From the sequence record SRR31156797_3824: a stretch of DNA of 64,000 nt. One strand, written 5' to 3'. The position numbers and the translations under genes were made by a program. Under the pieces are notes generated by a model. That model did no database searches and was not told the DNA's origin. It was given only the letters and a program-made list of their open reading frames with translations. Below are positions 62,470-64,000 of this stretch, piece after piece. Position 1 is the stretch's first letter, and the number at the start of each line of letters is the position of its first letter.

Positions 62470-63759
62470 ATGCTCGAAAGGCTATTCAAACTCGGTGAAA
62501 ACGGCACAAATGTGCGCACTGAGATCATTGCAGGTGTAACTACATTCCTGACAATGGCTTACATTATTTTTGTGAACCCTGCCATTTTATCTGCAACTGG
62601 TATGGATCAAGGTGCCGTATTCGTTGCTACTTGTTTAGCAGCGGCTGTTGGCTGTTTTATCATGGGTTTCGTTGCTAATTACCCAATTGCTCAAGCACCG
62701 GGTATGGGGCTTAATGCATTCTTCACATATTCAGTTGTATTGGGTATGGGTTACACATGGCAAGTGGCACTAGCGGCAGTATTCTGCTCTGGCGTACTTT
62801 TCATTATTTTGAGCCTATTTAAGATTCGTGAATGGATCATTAACTCAATTCCAATGTCTCTAAGAACAGGTATCTCAGCTGGTATCGGTCTTTTCCTAGC
62901 ATTCATCGCGCTACAAAACGCGAAAATCGTGGTAGACAACCCAGCAACACTGGTATCTGTTGGTGACTTCACGAGTCTTTCACCCGTTTTAGCGGCAGTC
63001 AGTTTCTTCCTGACAATCGGCCTAGTTAACCGTGGCGTAAAAGGCGCGGTAATGATTGCAATTCTTCTTACTACAGGTCTAGGTCTGCTTTTTGGTGATG
63101 TTCAATGGCATGGCGTTATGTCTGCTCCACCAAGCATTGCTCCTACTTTCATGCAGCTAGATTTCTCTGGCGTATTCGAAATCGGCATGATTTCAGTGAT
63201 TTTTGCGTTCCTATTCGTAGACCTTTTCGATACTGCTGGTACGCTAGTGGGTGTTGCAACTAAAGCTAACTTGATTGGCAAAGATGGCAAGATCCCTCGC
63301 CTAAACAAAGCACTGCTTGCTGACTCTACAGCAACCTCAATTGGTGCATTACTGGGTACTTCAAACACTACTTCTTATGTTGAAAGTACAGCGGGTGTTG
63401 CTGCAGGTGGCCGTACAGGTTTAACTGCAGTTGTGGTTGGCATTTTGTTCTTACTTGCATTATTCTTCTCGCCATTAGCGGGGATGATTCCGGCGTATGC
63501 GACAGCTGGTGCTTTGTTCTACGTAGCTATTTTGATGATGTCTGGTCTGGTAAGCGTTGACTGGCGTGACCTGACAGAAGCCGCTCCTGTGGTAGTAACT
63601 TGTTTACTAATGCCTCTTACTTACTCTATCGCTGAAGGTATTGTATTAGGTTTCATCTCTTATACAGCAATCAAAGTATTGAGCGGTAAAGGTCGTGAGA
63701 TTTCAGTAAGCGTATGGTTTATGACTGCTATCTTCCTACTGAAATTGATTTTCGCATAA
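62470..63759 (+). CDS. NCS2/AzgA-family purine permease
   Basis: TTFLTMAYI, APGMGLNAFF, YVESTAGVAAGGRTGL. Confidence 0.93.
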   Translation: MLERLFKLGENGTNVRTEIIAGVTTFLTMAYIIFVNPAILSATGMDQGAVFVATCLAAAVGCFIMGFVANYPIAQAPGMGLNAFFTYSVVLGMGYTWQVALAAVFCSGVLFIILSLFKIREWIINSIPMSLRTGISAGIGLFLAFIALQNAKIVVDNPATLVSVGDFTSLSPVLAAVSFFLTIGLVNRGVKGAVMIAILLTTGLGLLFGDVQWHGVMSAPPSIAPTFMQLDFSGVFEIGMISVIFAFLFVDLFDTAGTLVGVATKANLIGKDGKIPRLNKALLADSTATSIGALLGTSNTTSYVESTAGVAAGGRTGLTAVVVGILFLLALFFSPLAGMIPAYATAGALFYVAILMMSGLVSVDWRDLTEAAPVVVTCLLMPLTYSIAEGIVLGFISYTAIKVLSGKGREISVSVWFMTAIFLLKLIFA

Positions 63760-63820
63760 TCGTTTAATGGGCGTGGTGAAATTCACCACGCATCACATGT
63801 ATTGAATTAGGTTTATTACA

Positions 63821-64000
63821 ATGAGCAAAAAATTCGTTATCACTTGGGACAATATGCAGAACTATTGTCGTGAACTCGCTGAGCTTCAAATGCCTGCAGA
63901 ACAATGGAAAGGTATCCTAGGTGTTAGCCGCGGTGGTTTAGTACCAGCAGCTATTCTTGCTCGTGAACTGGGTATTCGCTATGTAGATACAGTATGTATT
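63821..64000 (+). CDS. gpt: xanthine-guanine phosphoribosyltransferase (5' part, runs off the window)
   Basis: [45 protein letters not shown]. Confidence 0.93.
   Translation, partial: MSKKFVITWDNMQNYCRELAELQMPAEQWKGILGVSRGGLVPAAILARELGIRYVDTVCI

Noticed and set aside
589..63368. Numerous 60-150 aa ORFs antisense or out of frame within recognised genes (e.g. 5844-6212, 14078-14464, 17385-17831, 43991-44443, 61533-61928)
   Set aside because: Shadow ORFs of well-supported coding regions with no recognisable motifs.
1..64000. CRISPR arrays, tRNA/rRNA, integrases, transposases, defence systems
   Set aside because: None recognised in the ORF track or intergenic regions.

Overview
A mostly core-genome segment, almost certainly Vibrio large chromosome (inferred from gene content and synteny). 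It runs prfC, dapD, yebG, LysR, recC-recB-recD, argA, mltA-tcdA-csdE, csdA-yajL-panE, ompK, ampG-ppiA-yajG-rlmG, bolA, nqrABCDEF-apbE-nqrM, dinB, a cdgL-like cyclase, an NSS transporter, rimB-rimK-M14 peptidase, pepD, an NCS2 permease and partial gpt. Apparently accessory modules are an MCP + porin + half-size periplasmic binding protein trio, an MFS + pyk-pgtP + pgtCBA block, a REC-REC-GGDEF gene and a lone gabD. No IS, prophage, CRISPR, rRNA or tRNA was seen. The most interesting signals are outside the ORF track. They are a VcdR(P)-like sRNA locus between pepD and gabD, a highly structured element with two CsrA-consensus GGA hairpins between csdE and csdA, an unlisted 59-aa gene after recD, and a motif-rich recC-recB spacer. 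Others are an in-frame 3x18-nt expansion in recB, an inverted-repeat-bounded element between nqrF and apbE, and a CytR/CRP-type ompK promoter. All family calls come from recognising motifs and synteny by eye; no database searches were run.
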